NCBI GenBank assembly: GCA_963803805.1
Contig: CAWDOD010000003.1
Location: forward strand, 32,001 to 96,000
Direction of reading: 5' to 3'
DNA: 64,000 bases
Source: an uncultured cyanobacterium
Lineage (GTDB): Bacteria; Cyanobacteriota; Cyanobacteriia; Cyanobacteriales; CAWCAG01
Positions within the stretch are counted from its first letter, which is position 1. Every line of letters begins with the position of its first letter. A program made the position numbers and the translations under genes. Shown in pieces: positions 28,559-39,035 of this stretch. The notes beneath the pieces are model-generated. The model did no database searches and was not told where the DNA came from. It worked only from the letters and a program-made list of their open reading frames with translations.

Positions 28559-29380
28559 TCAGAGATTTTTACTTGTAGAACTTTCGTGCCATTCCCCTAA
28601 TAAAAAATCTGATAATTTGGTCAAAATCACAAAAATGAGAATACCAAGGGTGGCAATCATCACCAAAGCAGCAAACATACGAGGAATTTGTAAGTTATAG
28701 CTAGCGATTAAGATTTGGTAGGCAATTCCTGAATTTGCCCCCCCAGTCCCCGCTACAAATTCCGCGACTACCGCCCCAATTAAAGCTAAACTACCGCTAA
28801 TCCTTAATCCTGATAGGAAATAGGGTAAAGCACTTGGTAAGCGTAGATAGAACATAGTTTGCCAGGGAGAGGCTTTATAGAGACGGAAGAGATCCTTGAG
28901 GTTAGGATCAAGACTATTTAAGCCAAAGGTAGTGTTAGAGATGATGGGAAATAGGGCGACAATCCAGGCACAGAGAACTAATGCACCGAAAGTATTATTC
29001 TTAAACCAAATAACAATTAAAGGGGCGATCGCAGCGATGGGTGTGGTTTGTAAGACGATGGCATAGGGATAAAGGCTTTTTTCAATCCATTTGCTTTGAG
29101 CCATCAAAATTGCTAGGACTAATCCTGATATAGTTGCAATGAGGAAAGCGGCGACGGTAATTTTTAAGGTGATTAATAAGGCAGGAAAAAGGAGCGAGAA
29201 ATCCTCGATTAAAGTTTTAGCAATTAAGGAAGGAGTTGGTAAAAGATAAGCTGGGGTATGGGTGAGGCGTACTGCTATTTCCCAAACCAGTAAGACGAAA
29301 ATTCCCACGGCAAGAGGGGCAAGGGTATCGATGGATAATAAACTCTTTTGTTGCAGCTTGGTTTTCTGTTTCATAATCAA
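28559..29380 (-). CDS. NitT/TauT family ABC transporter permease
   Basis: LQTTPIAAIAPL, LRLPSALPYFLSGLRIS, GAVVAEF. Confidence 0.9.
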   Translation of the reverse strand: MIMKQKTKLQQKSLLSIDTLAPLAVGIFVLLVWEIAVRLTHTPAYLLPTPSLIAKTLIEDFSLLFPALLITLKITVAAFLIATISGLVLAILMAQSKWIEKSLYPYAIVLQTTPIAAIAPLIVIWFKNNTFGALVLCAWIVALFPIISNTTFGLNSLDPNLKDLFRLYKASPWQTMFYLRLPSALPYFLSGLRISGSLALIGAVVAEFVAGTGGANSGIAYQILIASYNLQIPRMFAALVMIATLGILIFVILTKLSDFLLGEWHESSTSKNL

Positions 29381-29389
29381 CGATCAATT

Positions 29390-30181
29390 TTACATAAAGG
29401 TCATGGCTTTTGATAATTGCTGAGCAACTTGACGATAATATTTGCTATATAGAGGAGAAGAACGAAACTTTTCTGTACGTGGGTATGGTTCTGGGATGGG
29501 AACCTCAGCTACTACTCTACCTGGATTAGCACCCATCACAACAACTCGATGGGAGAGGTATACTGCTTCATAAATGTTGTGAGTCACAAAAACTACTGTC
29601 CAATGTTTTTGCTTCCATAAAGCAAGTAAGTCATCATTGAGTTGGTTACGGGTGATGTCATCTAAAGCCCCGAATGGCTCATCCATAAGCAACACTTGAG
29701 GATTAGTAACTAATGCCCTAGCAATGGAAACACGCATTTTCATGCCACCAGAGAGTTGCCGGGGATAGGAATCAGAAAAACTTGCTAAGTTTACTAAATC
29801 CAGGACTTCTTTAATAGTTTCCTCAGCTTTTCTTTTTGATTTGCCGGCAAGTTTTAGAGGTAAATAAATATTGTCTTTAACATTAGCCCAAGGCATCAAA
29901 GCTGGTTCTTGAAAAACGAAGGCAATATCTTTTTCTAAGCTGGGATTGTGCCATTGTATGTTTCCTGAACTTAAGCTACTCAATCCGGCTATGAGTCGCA
30001 ATACAGTACTTTTACCACATCCAGAGGGGCCAACTAAACTGACAAATTCTGATTCAGCAACCCGAAGGCTAAAATCTCTTAAGGCGATAGTACCATTGTC
30101 AAAAGTTTTATTAATATGGCTAAGGTTAATAGCCTGTTTGAGATGATTGCTCATACTTAAATAATGGGGAGTAGTAATCAA
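29390..30181 (-). CDS. NitT/TauT family ABC transporter ATP-binding protein
   Basis: GPSGCGKST, LSGGMKMRVSIARAL, LLMDEPFGALD. Confidence 0.93.
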   Translation of the reverse strand: MITTPHYLSMSNHLKQAINLSHINKTFDNGTIALRDFSLRVAESEFVSLVGPSGCGKSTVLRLIAGLSSLSSGNIQWHNPSLEKDIAFVFQEPALMPWANVKDNIYLPLKLAGKSKRKAEETIKEVLDLVNLASFSDSYPRQLSGGMKMRVSIARALVTNPQVLLMDEPFGALDDITRNQLNDDLLALWKQKHWTVVFVTHNIYEAVYLSHRVVVMGANPGRVVAEVPIPEPYPRTEKFRSSPLYSKYYRQVAQQLSKAMTFM

Positions 30182-30264
30182 AATATAGCGGTTCCCAAGC
30201 TGCTGAGATTTGTTTCAATTAGCCATTAGCCATTAACTATTAGCAAAAACCTGATTACTTCTTA

Positions 30265-31833
30265 CTAAATCTGCCTCCCCAGACATTGCCCCACAGCAGT
30301 TAAAGCAGAATAACTTACTCCTGCTGTTCCTTCACCAGGATGGGTAGAGTCTCCTACTAACCAAAGGTTATTAATGGGAGTGCGATTGGCAAAACCGAAA
30401 GGGCCAAAGGTAGAAACTCGTTGCCCAATTCCTCCGACGTAGCCTTGTTCGCGGACAGTAAAATTAGCAAAGGTGCGGGGTGTGGCAGCTTCGGTATGGA
30501 TAATGGTTTCAGGAGTGAGGTGAAAATATTCTCCTAAATGGGCGATCGCCTCTTTTGTAAACTGTTGTTTTAGCTGTTCGTATTCTTCCTGGCTTCCTTG
30601 CCACCAAGGAGAAGTTTCTACAAAGGAAGAAGCAATAATGGTTGCTTGACCTTTAGGGGCCCTACCATCCCCTGGTTTGCTGACAGAAACGAATAAGGAG
30701 TTGTTCTCGCCAATGGAATCATCATAGTTGTAGAGGAATTGGAGGTGGGGAGGGCAGTGAGGGGGAATTGCTTGGCTATCTACTCCTAAATAAACGACAA
30801 AAGCCCCAGAAGGGTTTGGTAGTTTCTGAACACGCTTTTGATAATTTTTCATGCCTAGTAGGGAGGTAGGGTTTTGTAAGGCTTTAGACAGAGGAGGTTT
30901 AGACTGTTGTTGCGGTAGTAACTTAACTAGGTTGTGAACCGTTACATTAGCAAAAATATCATCAGCGACTTCGGTATGTACTTTCCCAGTTTTTTGGTTG
31001 CGTACTTTAACTCCAATCACTCTTCCTGCTTCGGTACAAATTTCTTCTACACTATGGCGCATCAATAATTTACCGCCATATTTTTCTAACCCCGTTACCA
31101 AGCGATCGCTTAATACTTGCATACTGCCTTGGAGGTGAAATAAACCTTGGGGTTCTTGAGAAACTCCTAGTGCTGTAGCAGCGTAGAGTAAGGCCGTTTC
31201 TTCGGCGTTAACTTGAGAATATAGTTTAAGTTGTAAGTCTAAAAAGGTTCGCAAACGCTTATCTTCAGCGATGCCGTACAACCGTAGGGCATCCCCTACC
31301 GTCATGAAGGTAAAAGGAAAGGTAATTAGAGTATCAGGGCGTAAGGCAGATAGTAGTTTCCCTAAATCCCATAAATTGCGCGGTGGTAAGACAGGTTCAC
31401 GGGCTTGAAATTTCCAACTCGCTTTAAAAAGCTTCCCCAACAATTGCCAAAAAGGTTCGCTTCCAGGGAACTGTTTTTGCCTTTCTTTTACCCATTTTTG
31501 AGGATCACGCCAAACGTTAATGGGTTCTTTTTCTCCAGGTAAAAACACAGCACAAGCTGGATCGCAAGGGGTAGCTGCGGGGATATCTATTTCTAAATAA
31601 TCAAAGATTTTTTTATGAATGCCCCCAGATTCTAAACCAGCTACCTGGGTTGCCCCCACATCGAAGGTAAATCCTCGTCTTTTGAAAGTGGAAGCACAAC
31701 CTCCAGGGACTAATGCTTGGTCAAAGATTAATACTTCGCAACCTTGACAGGCTAATAATGCCCCGGCTGTTAAGCCGCCAATGCCTGCACCAATAACTAT
31801 TACTCGCCTGGTTTTTCTGAGGCTACTTGCCAT
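30265..31833 (-). CDS. crtD: Carotenoid C-3',4' desaturase
   Basis: GAGIGG FAD motif, GGCASTFKRRGFTFDVGATQVAG, GDSTHPGEGTAGVSYSA. Confidence 0.85.
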   Translation of the reverse strand: MASSLRKTRRVIVIGAGIGGLTAGALLACQGCEVLIFDQALVPGGCASTFKRRGFTFDVGATQVAGLESGGIHKKIFDYLEIDIPAATPCDPACAVFLPGEKEPINVWRDPQKWVKERQKQFPGSEPFWQLLGKLFKASWKFQAREPVLPPRNLWDLGKLLSALRPDTLITFPFTFMTVGDALRLYGIAEDKRLRTFLDLQLKLYSQVNAEETALLYAATALGVSQEPQGLFHLQGSMQVLSDRLVTGLEKYGGKLLMRHSVEEICTEAGRVIGVKVRNQKTGKVHTEVADDIFANVTVHNLVKLLPQQQSKPPLSKALQNPTSLLGMKNYQKRVQKLPNPSGAFVVYLGVDSQAIPPHCPPHLQFLYNYDDSIGENNSLFVSVSKPGDGRAPKGQATIIASSFVETSPWWQGSQEEYEQLKQQFTKEAIAHLGEYFHLTPETIIHTEAATPRTFANFTVREQGYVGGIGQRVSTFGPFGFANRTPINNLWLVGDSTHPGEGTAGVSYSALTAVGQCLGRQI

Positions 31834-32018
31834 GGTTGGGTTGAAGGTAAAGATTAAGAAACATTAATCTATTGTAAACTTTTGTTGTGAAAAATTGCCA
31901 ATCCCTAACGCAAAGTTGTTATGTTTGTTTTGTATTCAAGTTCTTGCTTCGATGGTTTGGATACAAAATAAAAAGTTTTTATTTGCTCAATATTTCACCA
32001 AGTTCTCAGCAATATTAT

Positions 32019-32182
32019 GGGAGCATCTCAAATTGGTAAATACAGGCTTTAGCCGTCAACTTGATATTAGCTTCACTGAAGCAGCAAGAAATGTATTCTT
32101 AAAGCTAACAGCTACAGCTAATAGCTAATAGCTAATAGCTAACTTCACAGACAAACTATTTCTGCAAAACTGAGATGCTCCC
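32019..32182. mobile_element. 164-bp MITE with 12-bp TIRs and 8-bp target-site duplication
   Basis: GGGAGCATCTCA(32019-32030)/TGAGATGCTCCC(32171-32182) flanked by AATATTAT at 32011-32018 and 32183-32190; internal GCTAATA tandem heptamers. Confidence 0.85.
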
Positions 32183-32758
32183 AATATTATCTTGGTAAGA
32201 CAAATTATAGCTATTTTTAAATTCTTTAATTTAGAACTATTTAGTAGGTTATTAGTTCAAGGCTTATTAAAACCAGAAAACCCCTAAAACAACTAATATC
32301 ATAGCTCTCAATTAGCTTTTGTAGTTATTGATATATTTTCTCGGATGACTGATGAAAAGTTTATACTGAGATTTAGCAGTGATAGCTAGCTACTTTAGCC
32401 TTAAACTCCTTCTAGACAAAGATTAAAACCTGAAATTATCAAAATATATGAATTAGTAAAAAAGCTTTTTCCCTCTCTTTAAAAAGCTAAGTATAGGAAA
32501 AGAATATATAAATCACTCTTATTCATATAAGAAAGTTTTTTAATAAACTGAGTCAATAAGATACTCAATTTTTAGTTGGCTAACCTGATAGGTATTTATT
32601 ACTTTTTAGCTCAAAATAAGGAAATTTTAAGTGTATTCATCCATTCATTTCCTAAACAATAAATAAAAAACACAAATAAAAAACCTCGATTCTACGGGTG
32701 TATTTTTAAAATAGCTTTGTTAGTTTCTTGATAGATAAGAAATTAAGGATAGATACAA

Positions 32759-33076
32759 ATGGACATACAACAAAAAGCAAAATTACTCATAGATTGGGGC
32801 AATTATCAACAAGCTACAAATATTGACAAAGCTCCCCATTATCCTCAACTTGTAGAAACAACTCAACCGACTATAAAAGGCCGTTATAAAATTAACCAGT
32901 TTCACTTTGAAGAGGGTATTGCTGTTGAAGTAAAGGCAGATGTTAATGCGGATAAGCTTGCTCAGTACTATCCAGAAATAAGCTGGGTATCCGGTACTGT
33001 TGTTGACGAAAGCAATCCCGCTTTGGGAAAAATTGACTGGCAACAAATCCAAAGCCACTTAGTTAAGTCTAGTTAG
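32759..33076 (+). CDS. Hypothetical protein
   Basis: 105-aa ATG ORF with AAGGA upstream, followed by hairpin 33109-33133. Confidence 0.55.
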   Translation: MDIQQKAKLLIDWGNYQQATNIDKAPHYPQLVETTQPTIKGRYKINQFHFEEGIAVEVKADVNADKLAQYYPEISWVSGTVVDESNPALGKIDWQQIQSHLVKSS

Positions 33077-33318
33077 TTTGGTATTAATATCTTGTTGATT
33101 AAACTTTGCAGAGGCAAGAAATTCTTGCCTCTGGGATTAATGATACTAATGCTATAAATATGGGTAAATATTTATAGCTCATTATGTAGATATTCTTGGG
33201 GTGAGAGTTGAAGTTTGCCTTGAGCAATTATGGTCAAATATAACTAAGGAGTGAGGGATAATATTTAATAATAAATGGTATAAACTGGAGTTGGTAAACC
33301 CCTTTTCTCAAGAATGCA

Positions 33319-35877
33319 GTGGCTATTGTCGCTATCGATTTTGGTACTAGCAATACTATCGTTTGTTGCCAAGACTCTACAACTCAAGCTGCTAGGGTAC
33401 TGCAATTCTCTGATATTTCCCGTAGTTTTGTAGTTGCTTCTGGTGCAGTTAATGTTGTACCCAGCTTGATATTTGTGCAACAAAACGGAAACCTCTTGTT
33501 TGGGGAAGCGGCGCGATCGCAATGGTTACAAACGGGTCAAACAGAGAGATTATTTACTGATTTTAAAAGAGATATTGCGGCAGAATACCGTTCTCCAGAC
33601 AGGCAGATTAATGGTCAGGTTTATACCCCGGATTATCTCAGCGAGGTATTTTTAGGGTATCTTTGGCAACAAATAATTGCTCAAAATATTGCACCAACTC
33701 AGGTCATTCTCACTGCACCTATAGGTAATTTTGAGCGCTATGTTAATTTGTGGGAAACCATTGCTAAAAAGCTTGATTTTCCACCACTACAGGTTGTTGA
33801 TGAAGCTAGTGCCGCAGCTTGGGGTTATGGCATAACTCAACCCCAGGCAACTATCTTAGCTATAGATTTTGGTGGCGGAACTCTAGATGCCAGCTTAGTA
33901 ACCACAGATACTCTTAATCAAGGCAAAATAATCACTACAGCAGAGACATATTTAGGGGGAGTAGATATTGACACTTGGATAGCGAAAGATTATCTAGCTA
34001 AAATTGCTTCATCCCGCCAACAACTTAACCAAGGTAGTTGGTACAGCTTATTATCAGCTACAGAAAAGTTAAAAATACAACTTTCCTTATCTGAGGAAGC
34101 AGAGGTTGCTTGGCAAGAAGGAAAAATTAGTTTAACTCAAGAAGAATTAGGACAAGTTTTTCACAAAGAAGGGCTATTTAAGCAAATACAACAAGTCTTA
34201 GACGAAGTAAGAGAAACTGCCCTACGCAAAGGCATTAGCCAAGATAAGATTGGCAGCATTCTTTTAGTTGGGGGTAGCTGTCAAATTCCTGGAGTGCAAG
34301 AGTTTATAGCCAATTACTTGGGGGCAAATCTAATTAAGGGATATAAACCCCTGGAAGCAGTTGTTAGAGGTGCATTGGCTGTCGCCGGGCAAAGTACTGC
34401 TACAAATAATACCCTAAGCTACGGCTATGGTATACGCCTCTGGCAACCGGAAGCTCAAAATTATTCTTACCTCAGTTTATTTAAACCAGGAACCCCATAT
34501 CCTTGTCGCTTGCGAAAACCTCTTAACTTACAAGTAGCCACAGCAGGGCAGCAAGAAATTCGTCTAGAGATTGGGGAAATGAGGGAGATAGTACAGGGAG
34601 AAGTTATCTTCAATTCCAACAACCAAATGATGCAAAGCCAGTCTCATAAACAAATTGCATTCACTTCCCTGGTAAATTCGCAGCAGCAGCCCTACCTGAT
34701 TTCTTTACAACCATCAGGAGAATTGGAGAGAAATCGACTTCAAGTCAGATTTGAAGTGACTGCTAACCATGAGTTGGTTATAACAATTACTGATTTAGCT
34801 ATAAGGCGAGTGATTGTTTACAAAGAAATTACCCAACCCTTAACTTCTGCTTCCCTAAATCCAGAAGCTGGAATTTTGCCTCTGGATGCAGCAGTTTTGG
34901 GGACTATGGAAGCAGAGATTCCGGTAATCGAATCCCCCATTGAAGTTGAACCTGTAGTTCAGCAGACACCAAAGCAATCTCAACATTACTTTGACTTTGC
35001 CATCCTTGCTACCCTCACAGGACATTCAGCAGGAGTAACTTCTTTGGCCATTAGTCCCGACAGCAAAACCTTGGTTAGTGGCAGTCAGGATAACACCTTG
35101 CGTTTCTGGCAACTACCTGGTGGGGCATGGTTGCGTAGTGTTGCCGTTCATACTGATGCTGTTACGTCTTTAGCTATGAGTGGCGATGGTAAGATGTTAG
35201 CTAGTGCTAGTAAGGATAAAACTGTTCGCCTTTGGCATCTGGGTAGTGGTGTAGGGTTAAAAACTTTTTCTAGTAATGATGAGGGTATCTTCAATGTGGT
35301 TTTTAGTCCTGATAGTCAAGCTATTGCTTGGGGAGGTTGGGACAACTACATCACTCTCAAACAGCTTTTTAGCAATTCAAGTATCCTTCGTTTACCTGGA
35401 CATCAAGGAGGTACAGCCGCGATCGCCTTTAGTCCTGATGGAGAAAGTTTGATTAGCTGTGGCGATAAAAATATTAATGCCTGGAATCTTAATCCCCAAG
35501 AGTTAATTTATAGCGTACCGGGGCATTTGGATCTCGCCCTCACCTTAGCTACTAATCCCGATAGCCAAACCTTAGCGACTAGCGGGGGTATCCAAGACAA
35601 AACCATTAAACTCTGGTATTTGAGTACAGGGGAATTAAGGCAAACCCTATCGGGCAATTTAGATGGGGCATTATCCCTCGCTTTTAGTCCCAATGGGCAG
35701 ATTTTAGCTAGTACCAGTATGGATAAGATTAACCTTTGGGACTTGGAAACAGGAGAGTTACGCCATAGCCTTTCTGGGCATTCACAGGATGTACTTGCCC
35801 TAGCTTTTACTCCTGATGGTAAGACTTTAATTAGTGGTAGTGCTGATGGGACAATTAAGCTTTGGGGAAATAAATAA
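33319..35877 (+). CDS. Hsp70-like ATPase fused to WD40 beta-propeller
   Basis: AIDFGTSNT, AIDFGGGTLD, LLVGGSCQIP; C-terminal GH..V..LA.SPDG..L.SGS.D.TIKLW repeats. Confidence 0.9.
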   Translation: MAIVAIDFGTSNTIVCCQDSTTQAARVLQFSDISRSFVVASGAVNVVPSLIFVQQNGNLLFGEAARSQWLQTGQTERLFTDFKRDIAAEYRSPDRQINGQVYTPDYLSEVFLGYLWQQIIAQNIAPTQVILTAPIGNFERYVNLWETIAKKLDFPPLQVVDEASAAAWGYGITQPQATILAIDFGGGTLDASLVTTDTLNQGKIITTAETYLGGVDIDTWIAKDYLAKIASSRQQLNQGSWYSLLSATEKLKIQLSLSEEAEVAWQEGKISLTQEELGQVFHKEGLFKQIQQVLDEVRETALRKGISQDKIGSILLVGGSCQIPGVQEFIANYLGANLIKGYKPLEAVVRGALAVAGQSTATNNTLSYGYGIRLWQPEAQNYSYLSLFKPGTPYPCRLRKPLNLQVATAGQQEIRLEIGEMREIVQGEVIFNSNNQMMQSQSHKQIAFTSLVNSQQQPYLISLQPSGELERNRLQVRFEVTANHELVITITDLAIRRVIVYKEITQPLTSASLNPEAGILPLDAAVLGTMEAEIPVIESPIEVEPVVQQTPKQSQHYFDFAILATLTGHSAGVTSLAISPDSKTLVSGSQDNTLRFWQLPGGAWLRSVAVHTDAVTSLAMSGDGKMLASASKDKTVRLWHLGSGVGLKTFSSNDEGIFNVVFSPDSQAIAWGGWDNYITLKQLFSNSSILRLPGHQGGTAAIAFSPDGESLISCGDKNINAWNLNPQELIYSVPGHLDLALTLATNPDSQTLATSGGIQDKTIKLWYLSTGELRQTLSGNLDGALSLAFSPNGQILASTSMDKINLWDLETGELRHSLSGHSQDVLALAFTPDGKTLISGSADGTIKLWGNK

Positions 35878-36146
35878 TTAACTTTATATACCTTGAGACA
35901 TAAAAAAATCTTTTTTTAAAAGCTAGAGTTTCTGTCTTTTCATAGAAGCAGGAGAAACCTGGCTTAGGTTATGCTTAGCAAAGCTTAATTACTGCTCGTT
36001 AGTAAAAGTGATGTCAAGAGGTATTAGATGATAGCCAAGCAAGACTTTATTAAGATTGAAGTTAGTAATTTAATCAACTGCCATAAATAAAAATAGCCAA
36101 TTTTGTATGTAGCAGTTCCTGAAATAACTATCAATAAAATATTGAC

Positions 36147-36869
36147 TTGCCTATGCCTTTTAAAAAGCCTATTTTCTCTTTGAGTGAAAAGATAACCCAA
36201 ACTTGGAAAGAAAAAATTAGTCCTAGAATAGCCCCTTTGCTTTCAACAGTAATTATAGCTGGTTTAGTTGCTGCTGCCCTAGCTATTTGGGGATTTGCTG
36301 AAATTGCCGAAGAAGTTTTGGAGCAAGAAACTCAAGCTTTAGATACTTCTATATTATTAGCTGTCAAGCAAATTCATACACCTTTGCTTAACAAAATTGT
36401 TATAGGCATCACCACATTAGGAGATCCCTTTATACTAATGATTTTAAGCTTATTATTTGGGGCATTTTTATTTTGGAAGCAGAAGTGGGCTGATTCTTTA
36501 ACACTGGTGATAACCGCAGTGGGTGCTTTAGGGTTAAATTTTTTACTCAAAGACCTATTTGCTAGGGAAAGACCTGCTCTTTGGGAACGGATTATTGATG
36601 TTAGTTATCAAAGTTTTCCTAGTGGTCATGCTATGATTTCTTTGGTGATTTATGGTTTCATTGGCTATTGGTTAATGCGTCGCTTTCAAGGTTGGCGAAA
36701 TACCATTATCACTATTACTTTCTTGTTAGTAATTGCCATAGGTTTCACTCGTCTCTATTTAGGAGTTCACTGGCCTACTGACATTGTAGCTGGCTATGCT
36801 GCGGGTTTGGTTTGGCTGTCAACTTGTATTATTAGTTTAGAGATAGCTGAGAAAATTAAAACTTCATAG
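36147..36869 (+). CDS. PAP2 family phosphatase
   Basis: KDLFARERP, SFPSGHAM, TRLYLGVHWPTDI. Confidence 0.92.
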   Translation: MPMPFKKPIFSLSEKITQTWKEKISPRIAPLLSTVIIAGLVAAALAIWGFAEIAEEVLEQETQALDTSILLAVKQIHTPLLNKIVIGITTLGDPFILMILSLLFGAFLFWKQKWADSLTLVITAVGALGLNFLLKDLFARERPALWERIIDVSYQSFPSGHAMISLVIYGFIGYWLMRRFQGWRNTIITITFLLVIAIGFTRLYLGVHWPTDIVAGYAAGLVWLSTCIISLEIAEKIKTS

Positions 36870-36911
36870 CAGTTTTTTATTTAAGCAATCAAATTTAGGA
36901 GTATTCATTAA

Positions 36912-37181
36912 ATGAGTAATCAAAGCAAAAAAGGAAAAGATGCCCCCATTAATCCCGGTGATCGCATTAAAGAAGAACCTCAAACAGTAGAAGAAAAATC
37001 TCAACAACTCGCTGTAGATACAGGAGATATTACCGGAGAACATTTAGAAGTGCCAGCTTACGTAAAAGTCAAAGATGAAGACGGGGAAGAAAAAGCTTTA
37101 CATCACATCAAAGATGATGAAGAGATTTCTGATGTTATTCGCCAAGCTAGGGTTGATGAAGATGGCGATCGCAAGTGGTAG
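36912..37181 (+). CDS. Hypothetical acidic protein
   Basis: 89-aa ATG ORF with AGGAG RBS. Confidence 0.65.
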   Translation: MSNQSKKGKDAPINPGDRIKEEPQTVEEKSQQLAVDTGDITGEHLEVPAYVKVKDEDGEEKALHHIKDDEEISDVIRQARVDEDGDRKW

Positions 37182-37302
37182 TTACAAGATAAGTAACTAA
37201 ATTAAAAACCCATATAGTTCAATAAGCCGGATTTTTAAAAGCTTCTTTATACATAAAAAAAAAGCTGATCATAAATCCGGTTTACTTATGGGCAATCATA
37301 AT

Positions 37303-37334
37303 AAAAAAGGCCAGAAGTACGTACTTCTAGCCTT
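37303..37334 (-). terminator. Intrinsic terminator of the PEP-CTERM gene
   Basis: AAGGCTAGAAGTAC/GTACTTCTGGCCTT stem followed by T6 on the minus strand. Confidence 0.6.
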
Positions 37335-37400
37335 GACTGCTAATACCATATTTCAAATTTGGTATAAATGCTATTTATAATGATTCGAGGGAAAAGTTTC

Positions 37401-38387
37401 TTAACTAAACTGATGGCGACGGCGAGAGGCAATCGCACCTCCGGCAGTTAATAGTAAAGTACCCATCATACCTGGTTCAGGAATATCTTGAGGATTGTTA
37501 CCATCAGTGAAAGATTCAGGTAATTCACCAGTGAAAGTAGGCAAGTGTACTTCACCACGTTGGTTAAAGGACTTGACGACAACAGTACCTTCTATTTCAG
37601 TCTGATTAGTTAAATGAGCCAAAGGTGCTAACAAAGAGCCGTGGAGGGCGTTGTTGAAGGTTAGTGTTTCCGCTTCATAAAAGTTCCACAACACCTTTTG
37701 CTGAATAGAGTCTCCGGTTAAACCACCAACGATGTTACCTTGAGTCCAGTTAGCAGAAGTACCGCTAACATTAATAATAGCAGTTCCTGAACCATTCAGG
37801 TTTAGTTCAATTTGCTGGGTTTTATTGCTGAAAAGATCGGCAGCATTAATGTTGAATATAGCAATTTCATCTCCAGAACCATTAAATCTAACCGCACCAG
37901 GTTGAGTCCCAGGAACAACTACACTACTGTTGCTTGCTAAACCAGAAAGTTGGGTAGAAGTGCCTGTAAGGAAATTTTTCAGATCGTTAAACTCATTGGC
38001 AAGATCACTATTTTGAGTTTTACTGCCACCGCCATTCATATTGACGATTGAATTCAGATTACCACCATACTCTAAATCAGCACCATTATTGACTTGTTTA
38101 GGGTTTCCCTCTATGTTACCAACAACCTTTAAACCAACGCCATCAAAGGGATTGAAACTACCACCTGGAGAACATTTGATGCAGTAATTGGAAGAACTTC
38201 CCAACAGGTTGCCACCGACAAAGGTACTACCTTCCACCTCGGAGTTGCTAGTTAAATCCTCGAATACTACCAGATTGTAGTCACCGAGAGTAAAAGCTGA
38301 AGCTATGGTAGGAAAAGCTACTGCTGCTAAGGATGTGGCTATAGCTGAGACTGCTATTGTAGCAATTGGTTTAAAATTTAATGTCAT
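37401..38387 (-). CDS. Choice-of-anchor A domain protein with PEP-CTERM sorting signal
   Basis: YNLVVFEDL..SEVEG..FVGGNL, VLWNFYEA, GSLLAPLA, GEVH; C-terminal IPEP-TM-RRR. Confidence 0.85.
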   Translation of the reverse strand: MTLNFKPIATIAVSAIATSLAAVAFPTIASAFTLGDYNLVVFEDLTSNSEVEGSTFVGGNLLGSSSNYCIKCSPGGSFNPFDGVGLKVVGNIEGNPKQVNNGADLEYGGNLNSIVNMNGGGSKTQNSDLANEFNDLKNFLTGTSTQLSGLASNSSVVVPGTQPGAVRFNGSGDEIAIFNINAADLFSNKTQQIELNLNGSGTAIINVSGTSANWTQGNIVGGLTGDSIQQKVLWNFYEAETLTFNNALHGSLLAPLAHLTNQTEIEGTVVVKSFNQRGEVHLPTFTGELPESFTDGNNPQDIPEPGMMGTLLLTAGGAIASRRRHQFS

Positions 38388-39035
38388 AGGATAACCCTTA
38401 TTTATATCTAGTTAATAGTTATCTCTAAGCTATTAAATTTTTCCCAGTGATGTCAACAGGCTAATATGAAGTTTTGAAGAAGAATTTCTACGTCTTATTA
38501 CTATACTGATGCATGGATAGAGATGAATCACTTATATTGGTTAAGTATTTATCCTGTTTAAGCTTATTTTTGACTTCAATAGTAGCCAACTTTTATTTTG
38601 GATTTGGTCTATATTACTTAAGTCAGACCAAAGAATATTATTGATATCTTTTTTATTAGAAACTATTTTCTTAAAGTAATTGTTTAAGATATAACAACTG
38701 TTTGAGCTTTCAAGCTTAGATTTGTATTAAATGAATTTGGTTTTAATTTAGCAAATTTGGTGATGAGAGGTTGTTTTGAGTTAATAAATTGAGTTATGCA
38801 GGAGCAGCGTCTGCTCCATACTTTTTCCTTCGGGGAAAACCAACAGAATGGAAACACTTCTTTGTGTGTACTTACTGTTAACCAGTTTGCAACGCTTTTC
38901 TCTTCGGAGAAAACTAGCAAAATAAAAATCCTTAAAACCCATCAAAGACACATTCAATGTGATGTGTTTTTTTATGCTGATAGCCAAAGTCAATTAAAAA
39001 TACTAAATCTAGCTAAGCTGTAGCAAAAAAAATAT

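Noticed and set aside
31895-32128. Short ORF-track calls such as 31895-32128, 38684-39023, 46975-47223, 51295-51657 and antisense ORFs within genes
   Set aside because: They overlap a MITE, the riboswitch or well-supported genes on the other strand and show no recognisable motifs.
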